Positions 36,697 through 49,090 of a stretch of 64,000 nt of DNA are shown piece by piece; position 1 is the first letter of the stretch, and every line of letters starts with the position of its first letter. The stretch covers positions 1 to 64,000 of the forward strand of contig MCFE01000085.1 of assembly GCA_002104905.1 (NCBI GenBank), read 5' to 3'. Both the position numbers and the translations under genes were made by a program. The DNA comes from Basidiobolus meristosporus CBS 931.73 (taxonomy: Eukaryota > Fungi > Basidiobolomycota). Under the pieces are notes generated by a model. It saw nothing but the letters and a program-made list of their open reading frames with translations, did no database searches and was not told where the DNA came from.

Positions 36697-38190
36697 ACCC
36701 CCAATTCCGTGTGGCAAAGATTGTTCTATCCACGCCAAACCTTACTGTACATAACCAACTCATACTAGACCCACGTGTAACATGTTCTCGAAAATCAATG
36801 TTGTTAGAATAAATTCACCCTCCCCCAACCCCAACTCTCGCACTTACTCACACTCACGCCAACGCGTATCCTATCAATGGCTTTCCAAAGAATGCCCATG
36901 GTAACGATAACCCCCCCCCTTTTCGAAGAGGCGCGGAATGTTCCATGGAACCAGTGGCCAACATATATCTGGCTATCGGCCTAGCACGGATTTGGGACCG
37001 CGCATCAGGCTCGTCAGCATCAGATACCTTGGTTTGCTTACCCTGAGGACTTTTATGGAAGTCGAAACGAACGCATGCGGACATGATTGGGGTCGACGGT
37101 GGTGCGAATCACTGGGTTTGCTCTGGATTTACCGAGTCATACCGACCTGTGGACAGCGCAGCGCCAGAACCCTTCGCAGATCAGCGGTTGGTGGGCTGAA
37201 AGGCGGTGGGTGGGCGCCAGAGGACCGGCGCACACGGGTGATCGAGGCCAACACAAACATCAGTGACCTCCTAACCATATCTGGATGGTCCTTCTGGATC
37301 CTTGATTTCGAATGTTCCGAGGTGGATCCCGGCCGAATGGATCCCCCCTAGAGATAGAGATGGGGCTAGGATTACCATATGGACCGAATCGGGCCGCTCC
37401 CATCGACTCCAACCCATATCTTCCTCGCCTAAGCGGTTGGGTTGCCGTATGGGGCCGGGGGATGTTCAGAATCGGGTGAGTGGTCGGTTGCGGATCCCGT
37501 GGGCTCGATAACGTAGATGATCATCCATCAAATTAAGCATATATGGATGATTTCATAGATGCCTGACTCGGAATACCCGCGTGGTGTAGGGCGGAGTAGG
37601 ATGGAATGAAATCCCCCTCCCCCTCGAATGAGGTCATCCCGATCTCTAGTCGGTCATTCCGGAGCAGTTGGTCGGACTCCGGTAAGGAAATGTCAAATTG
37701 TCCGCCAGTCATGGGTGTTCACGAGGTGGTACACATATCCACCTACAGATGTACTTGCTTAAATGGACCCATTCAAGACGAGGTGATGTTTCTTGATCTT
37801 GGAGTAACCACCCCTCAACTGTGGAAGCCTGTCTAGGCCTGCGTTAATCCTTTCTTTGCCAGATATCATCTACAGGGGGGGAGCGAGAGGGAGAGAGAGA
37901 GATAGAAGCGATTCAAATCTCCCTGAGATGCGGCAACACTCCCCGTATGTAATGAGCCCTGATGATAGCCACGCTCCCTTGTCTTGTATCCCCCGAAGGT
38001 TGCGCGGGATGTGCGAACGCCATCCATTATGTTGGAGCCAAACTTATCACTTCCAGATCAGTGGTTTAGATTGGATTGGATTGGATTGAATTCTCCAAGG
38101 AAATGTTGACGTCATGTCGCGGGAAAGGTCGGGAATGAATGTAGGGGGGATTTGCTTTTGGCCTTTTCTACCGCACCACACAGCCGACCT

Positions 38191-38223
38191 CACCATCACC
38201 ATCACCATCACCACCACCACCAC
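38191..38223. repeat. (CAY)11 microsatellite
   Basis: Read directly. Confidence 0.9.
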
Positions 38224-38570
38224 CTTGCCCCCAACATAAGAGGCATATCCTCGGGGCCCGTGATATCGACGGATCTAATTCATCGGTGCCTCTGAGAAGC
38301 CTGTCTCTTGGGTAGGCTTAGCAAGCCGAGTTTAGGGGCTTAGGGACTGTCGGAAGAGGTAGAGATATGCGTATCCACTTGTTGATGGGTCAATCAAGAC
38401 CCAAGTGTGCGCGCGTGTGGTGATGATGTGGCGGAAAAACCCACGGTGCGGCGGTGTAGCATTATGGAGGATCTTGGTAAGGCCGGCGGAAATGGGGGAA
38501 AGGGTTGTATCCACAGTCACGCCGATCTCCAACTAGGGACTAAATATATGCCCATTTTGTGCCGTCAGGT

Positions 38571-38600
38571 CTAGGGGTTAGGGCTAGGGTTAGGGTTGAG
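38571..38600 (+). repeat. Short telomere-like array CTAGGG-G-TTAGGG-CTAGGG-TTAGGG
   Basis: Read directly; lies near the right edge of the gene island. Confidence 0.7.
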
Positions 38601-39211
38601 GGGGGGGGTTGTCAGCCCAGTCGGGAGCTGGTGAGGAATCCCTGAGATCTGCGCTCAGAATGTGGTCTGATCCATCCAATTTCCGCCCATGCCATTCATC
38701 CGGTTGTAGAGTTAAGCTTAAGTTAAAGACCACGCCAATGTTACGCCTTGTTTCGAAGCGCTTATTTTCGGCAAGCATGGGTGCCAGTCTGGGTAACCAT
38801 GAAAGAAGTGGCGCGTGTAGGTTCTGGTTTTCAGCCGCAGTTAAGGGCTTCATCCTCCTCCTCCTCCAAATCAAATGTCTGGGAGTCGGCGGAGCTCAGA
38901 TACAGCACCCCTTATATTTGTCGAACCTTGGATTGTATGATCCGTGAAGATGCCGCGGAAGAGCGTTGAAAATGTGGGCGAATGCAGGAGGCGTTGGAAC
39001 CACTTGAATGGACCTCGGGATCGTGGCAATCCGCTGGTTTACCAACTTGATCTCTTCCATCGCAATAGATATCTTTCCTAGTCAAAAATCCCAACTACTT
39101 CGGGGATATCTGCCAAGCCCAAGATTTGGTGACTGGCTATTGCAACCATCAGTGATTCCATGACTTCTGGTTGTTGGGGAATATCCCACCGAGTATAGGG
39201 TAGGAACATAA

Positions 39212-39490
39212 TGTTGTAAATTCCGTGATTACACCTAAATATCCACCTAACTTAGTCACTTAGATAATGGTCTACAAACCTTCAAGAATTTTGTTCGAGT
39301 TCATTGTTGGGATGTACCTATCAACTTTTCATGTTCTTGGTACCTGATGCTTTGAGGAAAATATTCTGAGTAATTCCATCTAAATATTCACCTAACTTAG
39401 TCACTTGGAGCATTACCTACAAATCTTGGAGAATACTGACCAAATTCCTTGTCGGGATTTACTTAGAATATTTACCTAGAACATGAAAAT
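39212..39490 (+). mobile_element. Decayed copia LTR fragments marking the right edge of the island
   Basis: TGTTGTAAA start and two partial LTR-homologous segments. Confidence 0.75.
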
Positions 39491-39822
39491 TAGATTATCA
39501 ATTACTAGCATTAACGGAATTTAGTTCATCAAGACAAAATTTCTTATGGTTAGGGTTATTCCTATCATTTGCAGTTAAAACTCCAATGGTTCCTGTTCAT
39601 ATTTGGTTACCTGAAGCTCATGCTGAAACAAATGTATCAGGTTCAGTAATATTAGCAGGTTATGGGTTTTTAAGATATTCAATAGGAATATTTCCAGATG
39701 CTTCTCAATTATTTACTCCTTTAATATATTCAATGAGTGTAATATCAATAGTTTATTCTTCATTAGCTACTTTAAGACAAGTAGATTTTAAAAAATTATT
39801 GCTTACTCTTCAATAGGTCATA
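39490..39822 (+). pseudogene. nad4: NUMT: mitochondrial nad4 fragment
   Basis: AT-rich codons giving LDYQLLALTEFSSSRQNFLWLGLFLSFAVKTPMVPVHIWLPEAHAE...SVILAG/YGFLRY...LRQVDFKK/IAYSSIGH, with a short deletion and a 1-nt frameshift, embedded among LTR debris. Confidence 0.92.
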
Positions 39823-39898
39823 ACCCTAAATCAGCTTTCCCTGTTTTAGAAACTCTTATTTCCACCTAGTTACTCACCTAACTTATTGACCTAGATCA

Positions 39899-40246
39899 TG
39901 TTGTAAAAGTCTTGGAGATATTGGAAGTGATTGGGAGGACAGGTAGATTATGTGGTTTTTGCTTAATGATTTACTGAATGTAAAGTAGTATTTATACTTT
40001 TACATGATCATGGAGTTACAAGCACATATAATAGGTTAAGAAAGGTCCCAAAAACATGTGTGCAATGTTTGGGGCTGTTTGGGCAACTTTGACAATTTTC
40101 ATGTTCTGGGTACCTGGTGTTTTGGTGAAAATATTCCAAGTGAATCCCAACAAGGAATTTGGTCAGTATTCTCTAGGATTTGAAGGTAATGATCTAAGTG
40201 ACTAAGTTAGGTGAATACTTTGATGGAATTGCAAATTTTTACAGCA
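39899..40246 (-). mobile_element. Solo copia LTR
   Basis: Full-length homology to the family LTR. TSD not clear. Confidence 0.85.
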
Positions 40247-40757
40247 TATTGTTACCTACAGATTTTAGAGAATACCAACCATATTCCTTGTTTGGATTTA
40301 ATCTGTCAATACATATGTTGTGGGTACCTGATGTTTAGGTGGAAATATTCTAAGCTGTCCAAACAGCCCCAAACCTTGCACACATGCTCTTGGGCCCTAT
40401 CCAAATGTAATATATGTGCTTATTTTGCAAGACCAAGTAAAAATATAAATGCCACTTGTGCACTTTATAAGTCGCCAAGTGCATGCCACATAATCTACGT
40501 GCCTTACCAATTACTGTTGTAAAAATTGGTAATTCCACCTAAATATTCACCTAACTTAGTCACTTAGATCATTACCTTCAGATCCTAGAGAATACTATTC
40601 TATGTGTCTGTAATGCCAAGACCATGTAATAGTATAAGTACTACTTTTACATGATCTTGGCATAACAAGCACATAGAATAGGTTAAGGAAGATCCCAAGA
40701 GCATGTGTGCAAGGTTTGGGGCTGTTTGGGCAACTTTGACAATTTTCATGTTCTGGG

Positions 40758-43700
40758 TGTTGTAAGAGTCTTGGAGATATTGGAAGTGATTGGGAGAACA
40801 AGTAGATTATGTGGTTTTCACTTAATGATTTATTGAATGTAAAAGTAGTATTTATACTTTTACATGGTCTTGGCATTACAAACACGTAGAATAGGTTAAG
40901 GAAGGTCCCAAGAACATGTGTGCAAAGTTTGGGGCTGTTTGGACAACTTTGAGAATTTTCATGTTCTGGGTACCTGGTATTTTGGTGAAAATATTCTAAG
41001 TAAATCCCGACAAGGAATTTGGTCAGTATTCTCTAGGATTTGAAGGTGATGATCTAAGTGACTAAGTTAGGTGAATATTTAGGTGGAAAATACGAATTTT
41101 TACAACACTCCCACTCAGCTAAATGTTCATACTGACTAGTCCTAATTTTGACCTAAGATATTCAAACTTGTCTCTAGCTAATGGTTTGGTAAATATGTCT
41201 GCAATCATTTCATCTGTAGGACAGTAAACTAAGCTAACTAAGTTATTCTCTATAGCTTCACGTATGAAATGATGTCTAATATCTATGTGCTTGGTTCTAG
41301 CATGAAAAGTTGGATTTCTACCTAATTGTATACATCCTTGATTATCTTGAAATAAAGTAATAGGCGTTTTTTGACATAGGCCTAAATCTGTAAAGAGCTT
41401 TCTTAACCACATTGCTTCTTTTGTAGCTTCACAGGCTGCCATATACTCTGCCTCTGTAGTAGAAAGTGCTACGGTTGGTTGCTTTCTTGAATTCCATGAA
41501 ATGGCTCCTTTACAGTAAAGAAAGGTATATCCTGTGGTGGATCTTCTGTCTTCTAAATTTCGTCCCCAATCAGCATCAGAGTATCCCACAAGATCCTGTT
41601 CTGAATCCTTATAAGTGTATCTTAAGCAGATATCAGCAGTTCCTTTTAGGTATCTAAAAATCCGCTTAACTGCTGCAATATGATCAGATCCATAATTCTG
41701 ATTATGTTGGCTGACAACTCCCACTGAATATGAGATATCTGGACGTGTTCCAAGCATGATATACATCAGACTGCCGACCATAGATTGATAAGGAAAGTCA
41801 GGGCTTTCAGATGGCACCAAGCTCTCTTGATTTGGTTGAGTTTTGACCAAGTTAAGGTTTGTCTCCATTGGGGTAGCTGCCGGTTTGCAGTCTTCCATTT
41901 TGTACTTCTTTAGTATATCTTGAATATACTTGGATTGGCTTAGGGTAATAGTCTGGGTACTTCTGTCTATGGAGAACTTAATCCCTAAGTAGTAACTAAG
42001 TTCTCCTAGATCGGACATCTTGAACTCCTTAGATAGGCTGGATTTAGTCTCTTCCAATGTTTCTAGGTTATTGGCGGCTATAATAAGATCATCCACATAT
42101 AGAGCTAATAGAACTGGATTTGCTCTATCTGGCTTATAGTATATACTATAGTCAGCATTACTCCTTTTGAAACTCAAAGATTCCAAATAAGAATCTATCT
42201 TGCAATTCCAGGCTCTCGGTGATTGTTTGAGACCATATAGTGACTTTTTAAGCTTGCAGACCAAATGGGGGTTATCTTGGTCAACAAACCCATCAGGCTG
42301 GTCCATATACACGTCCTCATCAAGTTCTCCATTCAAAAATGCAGTTTTTACATCCATTTGATGAATAAAAAACTTATATTTGGCTGCAATAGCCAATATT
42401 AATCTGATGGAATTAACCTTGGCTACCGGTGCAAAGGTCTCAGTATAGTCAAGTCCTTTTGTTTGAGAGTATCCTTTGGCTACAAGTCTTGCTTTGTATC
42501 TTTCAATTGTACCATCAGCCTTGTATTTTGTCTTGAAGACCCATCTGCATCCAATTGATTTTCGGTTGATTGGTAATTTGACTAAGTCCCAAGTTTGATT
42601 TTCCATCAGTGCCTGATATTCCTCAGTCATTGCAGATCTCCAAAACTTCGTCTGAGGGCTATTTAGGGCCTCTTTTACAGTCTGGGGTTCATCAACATGG
42701 ACTGAATAGGCATAGGCTAAGTTTGTACCCTCATTGATATAGTAATTTGGGCTATTTCTTGTCCGATTGGATCTCCGGGCATTTGATACTGGAATGATCA
42801 CTTCTGGGATATTCCTGGGCACTGATTCTGGCTGAACCACGGTTGTAGAGTCCTCTGGAGTGAAAAAATTTTCATTGTTTTGCTCTGATTCAATCCTGAC
42901 AATTGGTGGACTTGAGATCAAATTTTCGTCATCATCTGATGTCATTTTTTGTGAAAATTTTGAATTTTCATCAAACAACACATCCCTGGACTTGATCAGC
43001 TTCTTTGCTTCGGTATTGTAGAGTCTGTATGCCTTACTCTCATTGCAGTAGCCCAAAAATATGCATTTTACACTTTTTGGCTCAAATTTTGACTGATTTC
43101 CGGCCAGTTTTTTGGCATATGCTGTAGACCCAAATATTCTTAGATGTTCTGCACTTGGTCTGTATCCATACCATGCTTCAAATGGAGTAGAATCACGAAG
43201 TATTCTGTTATAACTCCTATTTTTAAGATATACAGCAGTGGCAACTGATTCCGCCCAAAAATCATAGGATAATTTTTGATCATGGATCATAGATCTTGCC
43301 ATATCAATTATTGATCTGTTAGCTCGTTCTGCTACTCCATTTTGCTGTGGGGAGTATGGTACAGTAGTCTCTTGCTTTATCCCATGAATTTTGCAGAAGT
43401 GGATGAAGAGTTTTGAGGTATATTCTCCACCATTGTCAGAGCGTATTTTCTTGATTTTTTCACCAGTTTCTCTCTCCACCATGGCTTTAAACTCCCTGAG
43501 CTTAGACAGAGCTTCTTCCTTTCTCTCCATGAAGTAGACCCATGTGTATCTTGTATAATCATCAATAAAAGTGATTAAATACTTCATCCCGCCTAAGGAT
43601 AAATTTTGCATAGGTCCACACAGATCTGAGTGAATTAGATCTAATTTTTTCTTAGTTTTGATTAACCCAGAGCTCTTGAACGGTTGTCTGGCTTGTTTCC

Positions 43701-45443
43701 CATATATGCAGGCTTCACAGTGCTCCAAATTAGCTGGGGGATCAATTTTCACTCCAGAAATTAGCTGATCTTTGATCATTTTACGCAAATAATCAAAATT
43801 GATGTGTCCAAATCTCCTGTGCCAAAGCATTGGTGTTTCTTCATTTAAGTTACTTATATTGGCTTCCAATATGATGGAATATAAGTCAACTTGTATAGAT
43901 TCTGATCTCTGATGCCCGAAGCAATATGAGCACCATTTTGATCAGTGATCCTGCATCCAGAATTGTCAAAACTGAAACTGAGTCCTTCTGCTGTGGCCTT
44001 GCTTACAGAGAGTAGGTTCTTGGCTATTTCTGGTACATAGAGTACTTCTTTAAAGGTCAGTGTATGGCTTCCTTCACTGCTTCTAAGGTTTACTTGGATA
44101 GTTCCTTCTCCCACTGCATCAAGTGTTCTATCGTCACCCATGAAAACCTTCTTAATTGGAATTTCTTGATATTGGGTAAAAAGTTCTTTTTGGTGTGTAA
44201 AGTGTTGAGAAGCTCCAGAGTCAATATACCACGTCTGAGAATCCTTGTTTGTGGTCATATTTAGTGCAGATATGAATAGTCTATCTTCAGTTGTTGCAGC
44301 ATTTCCATATTCAGGCTTCTTTTGCTGATAATCTCTCTTTTTGAAACACCGGTCTGATGTGTGTCCTTTCCTTTTGCAGTAGTTGCAAAATAGGTTGCTG
44401 TTGCCTTTGTAGGGTCTTGGGTACCTCCTTTGTTGGTTATCATTGCTTATTAAAGCATTTTCTTCTTCCTTCTTATTGGCGCTTGATTTTCTTAATTCTT
44501 CATCCAGGAGCCTTCCATATACGTAATTTAAGGTCAAATCTTCAGTTCTGGACTCTAGGGCTGATACAAGGCCCTGAAACTCGTCTGTCAGGCTATTCAG
44601 GATGGTAACTATCACATCCTCATCAGTAGTTGGTACGCCCACAGATTCCATCTCATCTACCAGCAGGGTAATTCTGTTAATTAGATTTTTCATTTCTTCT
44701 CCTGGCAGCATCTTTGTAGTAAAGAATTTTCTTCTCAGATACATTTTCTTGGCAGCTGAACATGACTGGTAGGTGTCTTCTAATGCCTTCCAGGCATTCT
44801 TTGCTGTTTTTGCTCTTGAGCATTGAATTAGCAATTTGTCCTTGACATTAAGGCAAATGCAGTTAAAGGCACTTTGTTCTTTCTTCTGGTACTTTAAGGC
44901 TTCCTCTCCCACGTTTTTAGGAGGGCATTCTTCTCCCATGACAATATCCCAAAGGCCTCTTTCTTGCAGCAGCATCTTCATCTTCACCTTCCACACTTGG
45001 TAGTTAGATCCATCCAACTTTTCAGCAGAGGGAAAAATTCCAGTAATAGCAGTAGTAGACATTGCAGAGAGTGACAGCTCGGGGCTCATAACCTGTTGTA
45101 AGAGTCTTGGAGATATTGGAAGTGATTGGGAGAACAAGTAGATTATGTGGTTTTCACTTAATGATTTATTGAATGTAAAAGTAGTATTTATACTTTTACA
45201 TGGTCTTGGCATTACAAACACGTAGAATAGGTTAAGGAAGGTCCCAAGAACATGTGTGCAAAGTTTGGGGCTGTTTGGACAACTTTGAGAATTTTCATGT
45301 TCTGGGTACCTGGTATTTTGGTGAAAATATTCTAAGAAAATCCCGACAAGGAATTTGGTCAGTATTCTCTAGGATTTGAAGGTGATGATCTAAGTGACTA
45401 AGTTAGGTGAATATTTAGGTGGAAAATACGAATTTTTACAACA
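40758..45443 (-). mobile_element. Near-intact recent copia (element D), 4686 bp, inserted into an older family LTR (~40650-45584)
   Basis: LTRs 40758-41107 and 45094-45443 differ at one position that I could see. TSD CTGGG. One base shorter than element C. Confidence 0.97.
41119..45089 (-). pseudogene. Gag-Pol of element D split by a 1-nt deletion at ~43868 (Gag-PR 45089-43854; IN-RT-RNaseH 43869-41119)
   Basis: TTCCAATATG here versus TTCCAGATATG in element C; otherwise nearly identical. Confidence 0.85.
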
Positions 45444-45644
45444 CTGGGTACCTGGTATTTTGGTGAAAATATTTCAAGTGAATCCCAACAAGGAATTTGG
45501 TCAGTATTATCTAGGATTTGAAGGCAATGATCTCAGTGACTAAGTTAGGTGAATATCTAGGTGGAATTTCAAATTTTTACAACAGTAATTGGTAGGGCAT
45601 GTAGATTATGTGGCATGTACCAGGTGACTTATAAATTATAGCCA

Positions 45645-48600
45645 CTACAAGGTCTTGCACCACATCACCAGTTTTTGCAATAAATCCTTGCAATATTAAA
45701 GTGCATTTTCTTGAGCACTGCTCTTAAAGAAGTGCTGCAACCTCTTGGTGAGCCTATTAATGCTCCAAAATTCCACCAAAGGCATTGTGATAGTCTTTCA
45801 AGTTCTTGATGTTGTAGCCTTGTCTGTCAGTGGGATCTTCACTCTGTCAACAATGGAGGATATGGAGCCTGTGATAGATAAGTTGTCTTTCTCTGCAAAC
45901 TCAACTACCTTGTTGGAGTGTGGCTCAACTGCCTGTGCTTGCAACTCTTGTGAAAACAGCTGTTTTCTTGTTGGTAATTTTTCTTGGCTATAATAGGATT
46001 AAGTCTATTTTGGGCATATGGCATTAATTGGCAAGAACTGTAGTTTTTTTTGTATGCTTCCCTGTCTCAGGCTTGGATAGACATTTTTCCCTTAACCTTT
46101 TCCTTTATCACAGCCAGGTCTTTCACTGCTACTTTGTCTGAGTGCCTCTTATATTGAACTAAGTTTTCTCCTTGATAAATGCTGCTCTGATGCATCTATT
46201 TTGGCCTGCTTGTCCCTTGCTGGTACTCTCCTGGCAGCTTGACAATTCTTTACCGCTTGTTTTGAGCTCTCAGCCATAGTTGTGTTGGGTACCTAAGAAA
46301 GCTGCTGGCTTTTATCACTGCCAGGTTCTTCACTGCTACTTTGACTGAGTGCTTCTTGAGTAGTACTACCTTTTTTCCTCAATAAATGTTGTGCTGGTGC
46401 ATCTGTGTCTGCCTGCTTGTCCCTTATTGGCACTCTTCCAGCTACCTGACATCTCTTTGACACTTGCTTGGAGCTTTTGGCCCTGCTTGTAATGGGCTCT
46501 TGAGGAAGCCGCTGATTTTTAGCTGTTGTGGTGGTGTAGAAGTACTCCTGGGAGAAGCTACACAACTCAAGGTGTGTGAGGTGTCTGATGGGTGCAATAA
46601 CCTCTGTTTCTAAACTGCTGGTGTCTTTGTCAATATGTCACTATGGTAAAAGCTCCTGCTTCTCTAGCTTCCTAGGTGCTCCAAGTGTCTCCAAAGGCCT
46701 CTGTGTGTCTTGTGCACTACCCTGAAAAGCTCCTTGATGGCAGGTCTGAGATGTACTGTTGAAGGCAGGTGCAGTGATCAACTGCTAATCAATAAGGTAG
46801 AAATGTTACTGATAGAAGGATGATTTATTGATGAGGGATTGCTTTCCCTTAAATACTTTTCCTGATTGCCAAGTGATTACTAATGTAAAGGTTCTAGAAG
46901 ATTCTAGGTATCAGTGGAATTCTTGATGACATCACTATGAGCTAAAAATATGCCAAGAATGTCCTGGAAGGTTCTAAAAGGCACAGCACTCTCAACCAAT
47001 CAGGAATCAGTAGTCTGAAACCTGTGCAACATAGAAATACCATATATGGTATTGAAATGGTAGGGATGGTAACACAGACCTATGTCATGTGTCACGGGTA
47101 CTGACGCGGGTACTTGCCTTATATAGATATATCCACTGGTCACAAAGCTGAATAACATCTGGGATAACTAATGCTAATAACTAATCAGGGTAAACATCAT
47201 ATGGGGATAATACTGATAATATGGGCAAAAGAAGAATGGGATAATACTGATAAGATAAAATATGGATAAGTATATCATAATGACTATATGAATAAACTTG
47301 TCTGTGGGAGGTATGTTTACCCTACCACACCGTGACACCCTTATTCTTCTGCCTTTGATAGTTTCTGCTATTCTTGAAATACTTTCTTAGCACACCAATG
47401 CTGGCCTAAAATCTCTTTGCCTGTTTGAATCCAGGATAATGCTCATGGAACAAGTCAAGTGTCTTCTGCTTGGCCTTGAGTTCCTGATGGTCCCATAGTA
47501 TGCTGGCCTTAAGGTGATGGTGTGCTAGACTTCTGACAGCCTCTTGGATATTAGCCCACTCTTCATTATTGCACTCAATGGCTTCATGATCCTTCAATGG
47601 CTTTTGATTTTTAGGCATTGGTATAAACACCACATTGTCTCCCTCCCACACTGTGATAGGTTTTTCTGTGGGCTTTATCTTTGGGCACTGTTGTTGTGCT
47701 TCAAAGACTGCACAGTATCCCTCTGCTGTGACATTAGGAAATGGCTCAATTCTTGGCTGCAACATTGAGCTACTTGAGTTCCTTCTTTGCAGCAAAGATA
47801 CTGCTTTCTCTACCTGGGATATTGATTGCTCCACACATATTATCTACTCATCCTGTTTCTGGACTATTTCCTGATTTCTCTGGGCCATTACATCTATCCT
47901 ATCAGCCACAGCACCTAAGTGCTTTATTTATGCTTTGGTATGAGCTGACAACATACTTGCTATTATGGGTGGTGGTGATGTTATGACAGCCACTTGCTGG
48001 TCTTCAACTGAAGGTACTGTGCTTGCTACACTCTCATAGGTCTGAGCATAACAGTCAGCTTGCAGCTGCACAGAGGTTCTCAATTACCTACTTGACTGAG
48101 AGCCTGAGAAGTCTGCATTACTACCTTCAGTGGGCACATTGTCTACATGGCCTTTTTTGAATGTAGACCTGCTTGTTGCACTGAATATCAAAGCAAGCTG
48201 TTGTCAAAGCATACTTCTGTTGCCATTAGCAGTGGGGCCTAGTTGAGAACCAGACAACTTTGCTATATTTTTTGGCAGCAAATATATGGAGTGAATCATA
48301 CCAAAGGGGAAATTGTGTTACATATATGCATGTATGTGGTGCCACAACTTTATTTATACTGCTTACTATGGTGGGTCATCATTGGATTTTATATTCATGT
48401 AGGTGCAATATCTCAAATACAAGACTGTCTTAAGTTAACATGAGTATTGACCAAAAAGTGATACAATAGCCTTATGTTGCTGAAGGTCAAACTGTTTGCC
48501 CCATGAACAAGACAACTTTGGCTCAACACAGTAAGAGAAGAGAGAAAAGACCGTGTGACTATTGTAGCAAGCTTTTCAGCCATGAAGCATGCAGACAGCA

Positions 48601-49090
48601 GAGGAAGTATTACAAGGATCATGGCCAGTGTTTTGCCACACAAGTCATATTTGACCATTCATCAGTCACTATTATACCAACATTATCATGCCAGCCAGCT
48701 GATACTTCTATATTGGCACCTGTCTGTCTTTGTAACCTTGCTCAATCTGAGTCAGATGAGTTTGTGACACCTTCAGGCTCACCTCAGCCTTCTGAATATG
48801 GCATGCAGAGTGATAGCTCTGACAAATAAGGCTCACTGATGGATTGTGAGCCTATCTCCTCTAACAACAGTACCATGCATGAGCCTGGTCAAATCCCAAT
48901 ATGCAATGACACAGCACCAATTAAAACAAATGCCAAGGATGCTTTATGGAGCCAAGTCAGCCCTGTAATCCATCTACTGGTGAGTGATGTAATGTTGTGG
49001 CTAGGGAAGTGCCATGCTCCCACTAATATCAGTAATGGGGGCTATGAGGATTTATTACTACTTCTTGCCTAAAGTATTCCTGGATGGACC
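45645..49090 (+). mobile_element. CACTA/EnSpm-like element remnant, copy 1 (transposase N-terminus on +, partner ORF on -)
   Basis: Reverse-complement homology to 59850-62470 throughout (ORFs 47406-47834 vs 61158-61736; 48503-49072 vs 59407-60400). Confidence 0.75.
46527..47329. mobile_element. Solo LTR of a second family (probably Ty3/Gypsy), 4-bp TSD CTGT/CCGT
   Basis: TGTGGTGG...CTACCACA termini. Removing it restores colinearity with CACTA copy 2. Shares ~250 bp with 52819-53890. Confidence 0.8.

Noticed and set aside
19500-39200. tRNA, rRNA or snRNA genes
   Set aside because: No T-loop/cloverleaf or other conserved RNA signature recognised by eye; a covariance-model search was not possible.
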